DNA of 64,000 nt from Patescibacteria group bacterium (GTDB taxonomy: Bacteria; Patescibacteriota; Minisyncoccia; JAHIHE01; JAGLIN01): NCBI GenBank assembly GCA_029210775.1, contig JARGGI010000003.1:4512-68511 (forward strand), in the 5' to 3' direction. Position 1 is the stretch's first letter, and every line of letters starts with the position of its first letter. The notes under the pieces are model-generated. The model ran no database searches, was not told where the DNA came from, and saw only the letters and a list, made by a program, of their open reading frames with translations. This document shows, in pieces, positions 20,711 through 29,069 of this stretch. The translations under genes were made by a program, and so were the position numbers.

Positions 20711-20738
20711 ATAATAGCATAAGAATAAATTATGTCAA
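20711..20738 (-). promoter_or_regulatory. sigma70 promoter of the Phe unit
   Basis: TTGACA-16 nt-TATTAT with extended TG. Confidence 0.65.
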
Positions 20739-20868
20739 GACACTGTATTACGCAAAATAAATCAATATATAATTTCAAAATAGACGAATTAGCTAATAAA
20801 ATTTTAAACTATATGACCTTTTTAAAAATATATGATAAAATAAAATCATAAAAATTAATCTCATTAAA

Positions 20869-21435
20869 ATGAATAAGCTGAAAATTGGCATTTCTGGTAA
20901 TATTGGCAGTTTTTCAGAAGAAGCTGCTAAATATTATTGTCAAAGAAATAGTATAAAAAATTTTGACCTAAGTTATTTAATTAGCGCTGACAAAACACTA
21001 TCCTCGCTTGAAAAAGAAAAAATTGATAAAGCAATTTTCCCTATAGAAAATTCAAACGGAGGAATTGTCGAAGAAGCAATTTACGCAATAAGTAGATATC
21101 TTTTCGAAATTGAAAATATATTTGAAATTGATATACAACATTGCTTACTTGTTCAAAGGGGGGTTAAAGCAGCAGACATAAAAACTATAGCATCTCATCC
21201 ACAAGCACTAAAACAGTGCAAAATGTATTTAAAAAAAGAATGGAAAAACCTCAAACTACAAGAATATTCAGACACTGCAAGCGCTGCTAAAGATCTTTGT
21301 AATGGAGTATTATCCTCAGACACTGCGGTTATTGCACCAAAAATATGTAAAAAATTATATAAGTTAGACATAATAGGAGAAGGAATTCAAGATTTAAAAT
21401 TTAATTTTACCACATTCGTTGTCGCAAAAAAATAG
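20869..21435 (+). CDS. pheA: prephenate dehydratase catalytic domain (no ACT domain), copy 2
   Basis: GSFSEEAA, PIENSNGG, SHPQALKQC, IQDLKFNFTTF. Confidence 0.87.
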   Translation: MNKLKIGISGNIGSFSEEAAKYYCQRNSIKNFDLSYLISADKTLSSLEKEKIDKAIFPIENSNGGIVEEAIYAISRYLFEIENIFEIDIQHCLLVQRGVKAADIKTIASHPQALKQCKMYLKKEWKNLKLQEYSDTASAAKDLCNGVLSSDTAVIAPKICKKLYKLDIIGEGIQDLKFNFTTFVVAKK

Positions 21436-21449
21436 ATAATTACAAATAT

Positions 21450-22463
21450 ATGACTATTGGTATAATCGGATTTGGAAATTTTGGAACACTCTTTGCAAGT
21501 ATGTTAAAAAAATATGGAAAGATCAAAGTAAATCATTATAAAAAAAATAAAGAAATTATAGATAAAGCCACAATGATTGATGTTGAATTCTCAGACCTAA
21601 AAACTACAGCGGAGTGTGACATTGTAATAATTGCAGTTCCAATCTCTAAAACCAAAGATGTAATCAAAAATATCGCAAAATTTGTAAAACCAGATTCAAT
21701 AGTTATGGATGTTTGTTCTGTAAAAGTTTATCCTTGCAGATGGCTTAAAAAATATTTCCCTAATAATATAAACACGATTGGTTCTCATCCAATGTTTGGA
21801 CCATCTACTACTAATTTTAATCTTCAAAAACAAACCTGGAACATTAACGAACATCAAATTATCCTATGCCCAGTAAACATCTCTAAATGCAAAATTCAAA
21901 TACTCAAAAACATCTTTAAAGACTTGGGCTTGAAAATTATTGAGACATCACCCCAGGAACATGACAGACAAAATGCTACGGCATTAGGTCTTGTTCATTT
22001 TCTTGGCAGATCTTTATGGGATTCAGGTATTCGTCAACAAGAGATATTCACACCTGGATATAAAGACCTGCTCAAAATATATCATCACACAACAGGAGAC
22101 ACTTGGAGACTTTTTTACGATATGAATAACTATAACCCATACTCAAAAAAAACGAGACAACATTTTTTAAAGTCTTGTCAAAAAATTGAAAACATAATTG
22201 AAGAAAATAATAATCTCACAAACATAAAATCTCTTAGGTCTTTAATTGATAACACAGATAATGAAATGATAAATTTGTTATCAAAAAGATTTGAATATGT
22301 AAAAAAAATAGGTCAAATCAAAAGAGAAAATAATCTTCCAATAATTGATAAAAAAAGAGAAAATTTCATTCTTGGGAAAAAATTAGCAAATAAAAAAATT
22401 GATGAAAAATTTTCAAAAAAGCTGTTTGAATTAATTTTTAAGGAGTCATATAAAAATCAATAA
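21450..22463 (+). CDS. tyrA: prephenate dehydrogenase with C-terminal chorismate mutase (AroQ) domain
   Basis: GFGNFG, DVCSVK, HPMFGP, EHDR; C-terminal LRSLIDNTDNEMINLLSKR...IGQIK...PIIDKKRE. Confidence 0.88.
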   Translation: MTIGIIGFGNFGTLFASMLKKYGKIKVNHYKKNKEIIDKATMIDVEFSDLKTTAECDIVIIAVPISKTKDVIKNIAKFVKPDSIVMDVCSVKVYPCRWLKKYFPNNINTIGSHPMFGPSTTNFNLQKQTWNINEHQIILCPVNISKCKIQILKNIFKDLGLKIIETSPQEHDRQNATALGLVHFLGRSLWDSGIRQQEIFTPGYKDLLKIYHHTTGDTWRLFYDMNNYNPYSKKTRQHFLKSCQKIENIIEENNNLTNIKSLRSLIDNTDNEMINLLSKRFEYVKKIGQIKRENNLPIIDKKRENFILGKKLANKKIDEKFSKKLFELIFKESYKNQ

Positions 22464-23566
22464 TGAATATACTATCAAGAAAAGTTGAAAATATTAAATC
22501 TTCACTTATTAGAAAAATGTTTGATTTAGCTTCTAAAAATAATGGAGAATTTATAAGTTTTGCGATTGGACAACCACATTTTGAAGTTCCTAAAAAATTG
22601 AAAAAATCAATGATAAATGCAATAAAAAATGATTTTAATGTATATGCACCCACTCAAGGAATTCTAGAACTTAGAGAAATAATCGCAAAAAAACTAAATA
22701 AGGAAAATCAAATTAAAGCAAAATCAGAAAATGTAATTGTGACCTCTGGAGTTTCTGGAGCTCTTTTTCTTGTGTTTGCATCAATTTTAAACCCTGGAGA
22801 TGAAATTATCATTCCAGATCCATATTTTACTCTTTATAAAGAACTTGTCATCTTCCTTGAGGGAACCCCTGTCTATCTTGATACCTATCCTAATTTTAGA
22901 ATTGATTCAATACAACTAGAAAAACTAATAAATTCAAAAACGAAAGCACTTATTATTAATTCCCCAAATAACCCAACAGGAATAGTGCTTTCAAAAAAAG
23001 AATTAAAAGATATCGCAGATGTTGCAAAAAAACATAATCTTCTTATAATTTCAGATGAAATATACGAAAAATTTGATTATGAAAAAAAATTCTTTAGCAT
23101 TGGTAGTATTTATGATAACACAGTTACATTAAATGGATTTTCAAAAAATTATGCAATAACTGGGTGGCGAGTTGGATATGCTCATGGACCAAACGAGATT
23201 ATACAAGCGATGAACAAGCTCCAACAATATACTTTTGTTTGTGCTCCCCTTCCAGCACAAATTGCACTTTTAAATTCATGGGGCTCAGAGCCAAAAAAAG
23301 AATACAAAAGCTACAAAAATAAACGAGACATATTATATTTAAAACTTAAAAATAAATATGAAATATATAAACCCGAAGGAGCTTTTTATGTTTTTATAAA
23401 AATACCAAAAGGACATAAAGATTTTATAAACGAACTAATTGATAAAAAAGTTCTTGTAGTTCCATCAGAAGCATTTTCTGTCAATAAAAATTATTTTAGA
23501 ATATCCTTTGCAGTTGATGACGATGAATTAAAAAAAGGAATAACAATTTTGAATAATTTGAGATGA
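22463..23566 (+). CDS. PLP-dependent class I/II aminotransferase
   Basis: NSPNNPTG, SDEIY, GFSKNYAITGWRVGY. Confidence 0.92.
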   Translation: MNILSRKVENIKSSLIRKMFDLASKNNGEFISFAIGQPHFEVPKKLKKSMINAIKNDFNVYAPTQGILELREIIAKKLNKENQIKAKSENVIVTSGVSGALFLVFASILNPGDEIIIPDPYFTLYKELVIFLEGTPVYLDTYPNFRIDSIQLEKLINSKTKALIINSPNNPTGIVLSKKELKDIADVAKKHNLLIISDEIYEKFDYEKKFFSIGSIYDNTVTLNGFSKNYAITGWRVGYAHGPNEIIQAMNKLQQYTFVCAPLPAQIALLNSWGSEPKKEYKSYKNKRDILYLKLKNKYEIYKPEGAFYVFIKIPKGHKDFINELIDKKVLVVPSEAFSVNKNYFRISFAVDDDELKKGITILNNLR

Positions 23567-23582
23567 TAAAAAAATTTAAAAT

Positions 23583-23615
23583 AAAATAACGACACAGAAC
23601 TTATGTCGTTATTTT
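23583..23615. terminator. bidirectional intrinsic terminator
   Basis: AAAATAACGACA-N9-TGTCGTTATTTT. Confidence 0.75.
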
Positions 23616-23796
23616 TTGATCTATAAAATTTTAAATAAATAGAATTTTTTAAATTACAAATTTAATATACTTGCCACCCTGAGCTTGTCAAACTATGATA
23701 AATTTAGCTATTTCGTATTTTAAAGTAGAATTATAATAAAGTTTAAGTGTGGTTTAAAAGTTTTTTTCTTCTAAACCACACTCCGTTACCTACTTT

Positions 23797-23814
23797 TTAA
23801 CAGCAACAACACAT
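23797..23814 (-). CDS. micro-ORF MCCCC
   Basis: ATG TGT TGT TGC TGT TAA after SD AGGAGGAGG; followed by an 11-bp hairpin at 23746-23782. Confidence 0.55.
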   Translation of the reverse strand: MCCCC

Positions 23815-23946
23815 AATATTTCCTCCTCCTGTCTTCGTTAATTATAATAGTTTAAAGACAGAAATTTAAATGCGATATTAGTATTCAAATTTCAATCTTA
23901 AAAAAATAAGTTAGGGATTTTAAATTTTTTTAATTATATAAAACCC

Positions 23947-24087
23947 CTAACAAGATCCTCCTCTATCTCTTCTATAGAAGTGATCTATAGAATCCGTTAT
24001 ATCTTTTGGAAGATCCTCTACATTTATCCCAAGTACACTTGCGATTTTTTTCTTTGTTTGATTTACTTTTTCTATTTTATCGTTCAT
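23947..24087 (-). CDS. small hypothetical protein (46 aa) downstream of the tRNA-Cys-like gene
   Basis: AAGGAGG SD 6 nt before ATG; MNDKIEKVNQTKKKIASVLGINVEDLPKDITDSIDHFYRRDRGGSC. Confidence 0.7.
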   Translation of the reverse strand: MNDKIEKVNQTKKKIASVLGINVEDLPKDITDSIDHFYRRDRGGSC

Positions 24088-24121
24088 CAAAATCCTCCTT
24101 TTTTTTATTTTTTGTTTTTGA

Positions 24122-24226
24122 AGATGGGGATGGGACTTGAACCCATGAAAGACAAGTTGCATCTCATCCGCATTCCCAATAATCAACTTTTATACATGAA
24201 AAGCTAATTAACTTTGCTACCCCATT
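24122..24226 (-). tRNA. atypical tRNA-Cys(GCA)-like RNA with a hairpin inserted in the D-loop
   Basis: Acceptor AATGGGG/CCCCATC + U73, T arm ATGGG-TTCAAGT-CCCAT, anticodon arm GATGAG-ATGCAA-CTTGTC, D stem GCA/TGC enclosing a 31-nt hairpin. Confidence 0.65.
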
Positions 24227-24234
24227 ATATATAC

Positions 24235-24261
24235 AAAAAACCGCGCACAACAGGCGGGTTT
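24235..24261 (-). terminator. attenuator terminator of the Cys leader
   Basis: AAACCCGC...GCGG followed by T6; 5' arm alternatively pairs with 24307-24319. Confidence 0.65.
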
Positions 24262-24318
24262 ATAATTATCATCAAATCTATAAGTTAAAATTTATATAAC
24301 ACTTAAAAACCAACCTGT

Positions 24319-24366
24319 TTACAGGATACTACAACAACAGCAAATTTGGCTTTTAAATGATTTCAT
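24319..24366 (-). CDS. Cys-rich attenuator leader peptide MKSFKSQICCCCSIL
   Basis: Manual translation; four consecutive Cys codons; CCTG-TAAA-CAGG hairpin over the stop codon. Confidence 0.8.
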   Translation of the reverse strand: MKSFKSQICCCCSIL

Positions 24367-24391
24367 ATACATATTGTTTAACTATAATTTA

Positions 24392-24419
24392 ATATTAACA
24401 TATATAAATTATCTGTCAA
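24392..24419 (-). promoter_or_regulatory. sigma70 promoter of the Cys unit
   Basis: TTGACA-16 nt-TAATAT with extended TG, same geometry as the Phe unit promoter. Confidence 0.65.
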
Positions 24420-24484
24420 CTTTTTTTTGACAATATTATTTATTAATTATATTATATTAATAATACAAAAAAGGGAGGATTCTA

Positions 24485-24801
24485 ATGAATGATGATATAT
24501 TTAGTTCAATAACATTTACCGAGAGAGAGAGAGAGAGGGATATAAAAATAATGATTTTTCCATTATAATTACAAACAAATACAAGGAATTCTTTGATGAG
24601 AGAAAGGTTTATTCTTGTAGCGAACTAATAAATATTCTTGAAAAAATTGTGTCTCGAATTCATCATGAAATCAGAGAGCTTAATACAAAAGGTGAAAAAT
24701 TTATTATTCATCTATATGAAACATATTCCCCAGTTTTTGAAAGCATCCATATAGCAACCACTGAGCTTATAAAAATTGGGAAAGAATATAGATTGAAATA
24801 A
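24485..24801 (+). pseudogene. hypothetical protein frameshifted at a (GA)8 repeat, possibly phase-variable
   Basis: SD GGGAGG, ATG 24485, (GA)8 at 24521-24536; removing one GA unit gives a 104-aa ORF ending at TAA 24801. Confidence 0.6.
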
Positions 24802-24821
24802 ACGGAGCATTGCTCCTTTTT

Positions 24822-25832
24822 TTATATTTTTCTTAAACCTCTTTTTTTTATTTTATCCTTTGCAACTTTCTGAAGATCGTCATGTTGGTCATATTCATCA
24901 ACTATTTCAGATCCAATAATTTCTTCAATTACATCTTCAATTGTCACTATTCCACAAACCACTCCGTGTTTATCAATAACTATAAATAAATGATTTTTAG
25001 TAGCTTTAAAAGCATTGAGTAAATCATCAAGGGGTTTATCTGAATCAACAAAAATTACATTCTGTCTTGCAATATTACCAACAGTCTTATTTTTATAATT
25101 ATTAGAAATTAAATCTTTTACATATAACATACCGACTATATTATCAAGATTCTGTTTATACACTGGTATTCTTGAATGACCTCTCTTGCAAATTTTTTCA
25201 ATGTTTTTTGAAGTTAGTTTCTGATCAAATGGTACTGCAAAAATTTCCGTTCTAGGAGTTAATACATCATTGGCTGTTTTATTAGAATATGAAAGAGCTC
25301 CTTTAATAATCTTCTCTTCATCAATATCTATATCACTATCTTTTGAATCCTCATGATCCTCAATAATCTTCATCAACTCATGTTTTGAATATATTGTTGG
25401 CATTTCTTCACCAAGACTCTTATTTAGAGCATAAGCAATTGGGAAAGACACTGGATAAAACATATAGGTAAATATTCTAACAAGCCAAGCAAGTTTTGAA
25501 CCAATTTTTAAAGCATGACGTGAAAACACAGCCTGAGGAACTATCTCTCCAAATATAACAATTAATGACGTCGCAATAATTCCTGCAATAACTCCAGAAA
25601 CAACACTACCAAGAAAAATTGATAGTGCAGAATTTACAGCAACATTTCCAATTAAAAGTGTGCAAAGAAGTAAATTTCCATTTTTTCGCAAAGCATAAAC
25701 TTTTTGAGCATCTTTATTACCTATTTTTGCCTTTCTCTCTAAATCTTCTTTATTTAGACTAAAAAAACCCAGCGTTAGACCAGAAAATATAGCTGAGAGT
25801 GACAGTAAGATAATAACAATAATATACCCCAT
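24822..25832 (-). CDS. CNNM/DUF21-CBS domain protein (CorB/HlyC family)
   Basis: SAIFSGLTLG, LLIGNVAVN, FGEIVPQA, HSRIPVY, GIVTIEDVIEEIIG. Confidence 0.92.
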   Translation of the reverse strand: MGYIIVIILLSLSAIFSGLTLGFFSLNKEDLERKAKIGNKDAQKVYALRKNGNLLLCTLLIGNVAVNSALSIFLGSVVSGVIAGIIATSLIVIFGEIVPQAVFSRHALKIGSKLAWLVRIFTYMFYPVSFPIAYALNKSLGEEMPTIYSKHELMKIIEDHEDSKDSDIDIDEEKIIKGALSYSNKTANDVLTPRTEIFAVPFDQKLTSKNIEKICKRGHSRIPVYKQNLDNIVGMLYVKDLISNNYKNKTVGNIARQNVIFVDSDKPLDDLLNAFKATKNHLFIVIDKHGVVCGIVTIEDVIEEIIGSEIVDEYDQHDDLQKVAKDKIKKRGLRKI

Positions 25833-25955
25833 AAAATTTGATAAATATAAAAATTAAAACGATTATATCATATAACAATTTTAAGGAATTAGCAAGAAAT
25901 AATATAATATACAAAAATAACCCATATTATCAAAATAGAGGTTATTTAATTTAAA

Positions 25956-26528
25956 CTAATTTATTGAAATCAATTCTACCTCAAAAATCAATGTCGCATT
26001 TGGGGGAATTATCCCTGCTACGCCATTTGTTCCATATCCAAATTCAGAAGGAATTATAAGTTTTCGTTTCTCCCCAATTTTCATTCCCAAAGTTCCTTCA
26101 TCCCATCCTTTAATTACCTGCCCTATTCCAACAGTGAATGAAAATGGCACCCCCCGATCAACACTTGAATCAAATTTACTACCATCTTCTAATGTACCTG
26201 TATAATGAACAGAAATTGTATCACCAGCTTTTGTCAAAACTTCACCTGTCCCCTCTTTTAAAACTTCAATTTGTAATTCCATTTTATTGTCATTAGATTT
26301 AGTATCTTCATAAATTGTTTCTTCTTGCTCAATATCAACATTTATATTCTCAGTGTCTTGCACGCTTATTTCTTCCTGATGTTTATTGTCTATATTTGTG
26401 TTTTGTATAACTTGCACATTTACTTCCTCTTCTTGATTTTTTTCTAAATCTTTATTAGCGGAAAAAACCCATATTGCAATAAGAATAATTATAACAACTA
26501 TTGATAGAATCTTTGTATTTTTTTTCAT
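25956..26528 (-). CDS. FKBP-type peptidyl-prolyl isomerase, membrane-anchored
   Basis: [37 protein letters not shown]. Confidence 0.95.
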   Translation of the reverse strand: MKKNTKILSIVVIIILIAIWVFSANKDLEKNQEEEVNVQVIQNTNIDNKHQEEISVQDTENINVDIEQEETIYEDTKSNDNKMELQIEVLKEGTGEVLTKAGDTISVHYTGTLEDGSKFDSSVDRGVPFSFTVGIGQVIKGWDEGTLGMKIGEKRKLIIPSEFGYGTNGVAGIIPPNATLIFEVELISIN

Positions 26529-26555
26529 TTTTGAATTTACTTATTAATTAATATT

Positions 26556-29009
26556 TTATAATTCAATTGAACATTTATTTTTTGATGCAGTTATTGGTCT
26601 TGCCTGCAATATCCAAATCTTGTCATCTTTATCAATACACCATTCAATATCCTGTGGTTGAGCAAAATCTTTTTCAATCTCAAGCCCCTTACTTGCAATT
26701 TTTTGAACAACTTCATCATTAAATTCAAATTCCTCTATTCTTTCAAATATAATTAAATTTTCTCTGCTCAAAGCATATGAATTAGGAATCATCTTTCCCA
26801 AGGCAAGATTTTCACACATACCGGGTACAGCTTCTATCAATAATGTTTTACTACTATCAATATTACTAGTAAACATAACTCCTGAAAATTTTGATTCAAT
26901 CATTTTTTGCACAACAACTGACATCATTATATCCTCATTTTTAATATTATTCTCAAACCTATAAACTATTGCCCTTGTATTAAAAAACGATGCCCAACAT
27001 TTTTTTATAGCTTTTACAAGTTCTTCAAAATCTTTTATATTTAGATATGTATCAAATTGTCCCGCAAAAGATATTTCTCTCTGGTCTTCTAATGAAGAGC
27101 TTGACCTAACCGCCAAAACGCTTTCTTCTAATTTTTCAAAGTTTGCTCTAAGTTCCACTTCAAGCTCAACTGGAAATGATTGATGAATAATAAGTTCTCT
27201 TATCTCTTCAGATATTTTATTAATTGCAAATATATTCTCACAATTTTCTTTAAGCTTTATACACAACGCTTCTATTTCCTTTGATTGAGTCATTTTTTCA
27301 AAAACATTTGTCACTACACAAAAACCATCTGGAACAGAATATTTTTTTGATAAAATAGAAAGACTAATAGCTTTTCCTCCATAAACTGAATTTTCCGAAC
27401 CAACCTCTCTAAGCCAGACAATTTTTTCTACATCAAGTTTTGTTTTATCAATCCCTTTTTCTTTATACTCTTTAGAGTCCTTGACGTCAATTGCATTTAA
27501 AATATTATCCTCAATCAAAGCTTTCTCTTCTGACATATCTTCACCTATTGCAAAAAATGGTTTATCAACAATTTTTATCTCACCATTAATACCATTTAAT
27601 TCTAAATATTGTCCGTTTTTTATCTTTGAATCAATTTTTGCTTGAACAAAACACGGAACACAAGCTTCTCTTGCAATGATAGAAACGTGAGAAAGAGAGC
27701 TTCCATTCTCGCTGACAATTCCAGCAGATTTTCTAATGAGAATTGCAAGATTTGGAGATAGTGCTTTTGAAATAATTATTGACCCTTTTTTAAAATCTTT
27801 GAAATCATCAAAAGAGTTAATGTTGATTGCAGGTCCAATAACAACTTCTTTTGAAGAAACGCTTAAGGCTTTAATTATTTCTTTATCACTATCACTATCA
27901 ACACTATTATCAATTTTGTATAATTTATCAGAAAAATAAATAATTTTTAAAGGTAGTTTTAGTTGTTTATAACCTTCAAAAATATCTCTTCTTTTTTCTG
28001 AAAGCTCTCTTAATAAACTAATTTGTTCCTTATTATTGATATTAATATTTTCAATTTCAGAAATTTTTAAATAAAAAACGAGATAATCTAATCCTGTAAT
28101 TTCACCAAATTTCTGCAAAGCTATTCGTTGAATTTGAAGATATCTTGCAGCAATAAATTTCGCATTTTCTCTCCATCTCATAGCATAATTAATAGGACAC
28201 GCAAAAGAACCATACTTTTTCAATTCAAAAGCATTGTCGGAAAATCTTTCAAATGATATATCATAAGGAGCAAGAGAATAAAAACCAAATTTTTCTTTAA
28301 CAGAATCAGTGTCTCCTTTCATTACAAGTTTATCAAGCTCATCTGATTCACATATTTCAATCGACTTTGATTTTTTTAATTTAATTTTCAATTTATAACT
28401 TAATAAAGCAAAATATGAATAAACCATTGATTCAATGGCAAGCTCTAAAGATTTTTTAGCAGTTTCAATCGGATTTGAAATATTTTCTCTATCTGAATAT
28501 TGACTATAATATTTTTCCGATTCAACTTTAAATTTCTCAAATTCACTAATAGCCTCATTTGCCAAAATACTAAAACTTATCTTATTTATAAATTTTTTTA
28601 CTGAACTCAATAAACCATTAGCATTGAGCTGATTTTTTTCTTCATTTTCATATAATTTTTCATTATCAATTTTGAAGCTTTTTCTTGAACTTGGGTTGCT
28701 TATAAATACATTTTCAATATTTTTCAAAAAATACATCTGACCACAAATAAAAGTAATATACTTTGCATTTTCAAATTTTGTGGCTAATCCACTCTTAAAA
28801 TAAACACTCCAAAAAGGACCCTTTGCATCAAATACTTTTTCAAAAAATTCTTGAGTACATGGTTTTGCAATTGTAACTGAATCAGAATTCTCATCTCTTT
28901 GAAAAACAAAAGGATCACCATTAAATGTTATATTTTTTTTAATAAAATAATTTAATTCTTCAAGTTCAATATTGCTTTTTAAATTAAGAGGCAAAATATT
29001 GTATTTCAT
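26556..29009 (-). CDS. PEP-utilizing/dikinase-family protein (His-swivel domain followed by ATP-grasp)
   Basis: GSSLSHVSIIARE; YGGKAISL, AVRSSSSLED, SFAGQFDT, QDIEW, ILQARPIT. Confidence 0.82.
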   Translation of the reverse strand: MKYNILPLNLKSNIELEELNYFIKKNITFNGDPFVFQRDENSDSVTIAKPCTQEFFEKVFDAKGPFWSVYFKSGLATKFENAKYITFICGQMYFLKNIENVFISNPSSRKSFKIDNEKLYENEEKNQLNANGLLSSVKKFINKISFSILANEAISEFEKFKVESEKYYSQYSDRENISNPIETAKKSLELAIESMVYSYFALLSYKLKIKLKKSKSIEICESDELDKLVMKGDTDSVKEKFGFYSLAPYDISFERFSDNAFELKKYGSFACPINYAMRWRENAKFIAARYLQIQRIALQKFGEITGLDYLVFYLKISEIENININNKEQISLLRELSEKRRDIFEGYKQLKLPLKIIYFSDKLYKIDNSVDSDSDKEIIKALSVSSKEVVIGPAININSFDDFKDFKKGSIIISKALSPNLAILIRKSAGIVSENGSSLSHVSIIAREACVPCFVQAKIDSKIKNGQYLELNGINGEIKIVDKPFFAIGEDMSEEKALIEDNILNAIDVKDSKEYKEKGIDKTKLDVEKIVWLREVGSENSVYGGKAISLSILSKKYSVPDGFCVVTNVFEKMTQSKEIEALCIKLKENCENIFAINKISEEIRELIIHQSFPVELEVELRANFEKLEESVLAVRSSSSLEDQREISFAGQFDTYLNIKDFEELVKAIKKCWASFFNTRAIVYRFENNIKNEDIMMSVVVQKMIESKFSGVMFTSNIDSSKTLLIEAVPGMCENLALGKMIPNSYALSRENLIIFERIEEFEFNDEVVQKIASKGLEIEKDFAQPQDIEWCIDKDDKIWILQARPITASKNKCSIEL

Positions 29010-29069
29010 GTTTTTAAATTATACTTTGAAAATGTATTAAACATAATTAATAATAACACAACCTATTCA

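Noticed and set aside
23947-24207. ORF-track entries 23947..24186 (-) and 23980..24207 (+)
   Set aside because: The upstream extension runs through the tRNA-Cys-like element. The SD-supported start is 24087, and the plus-strand ORF is a shadow.
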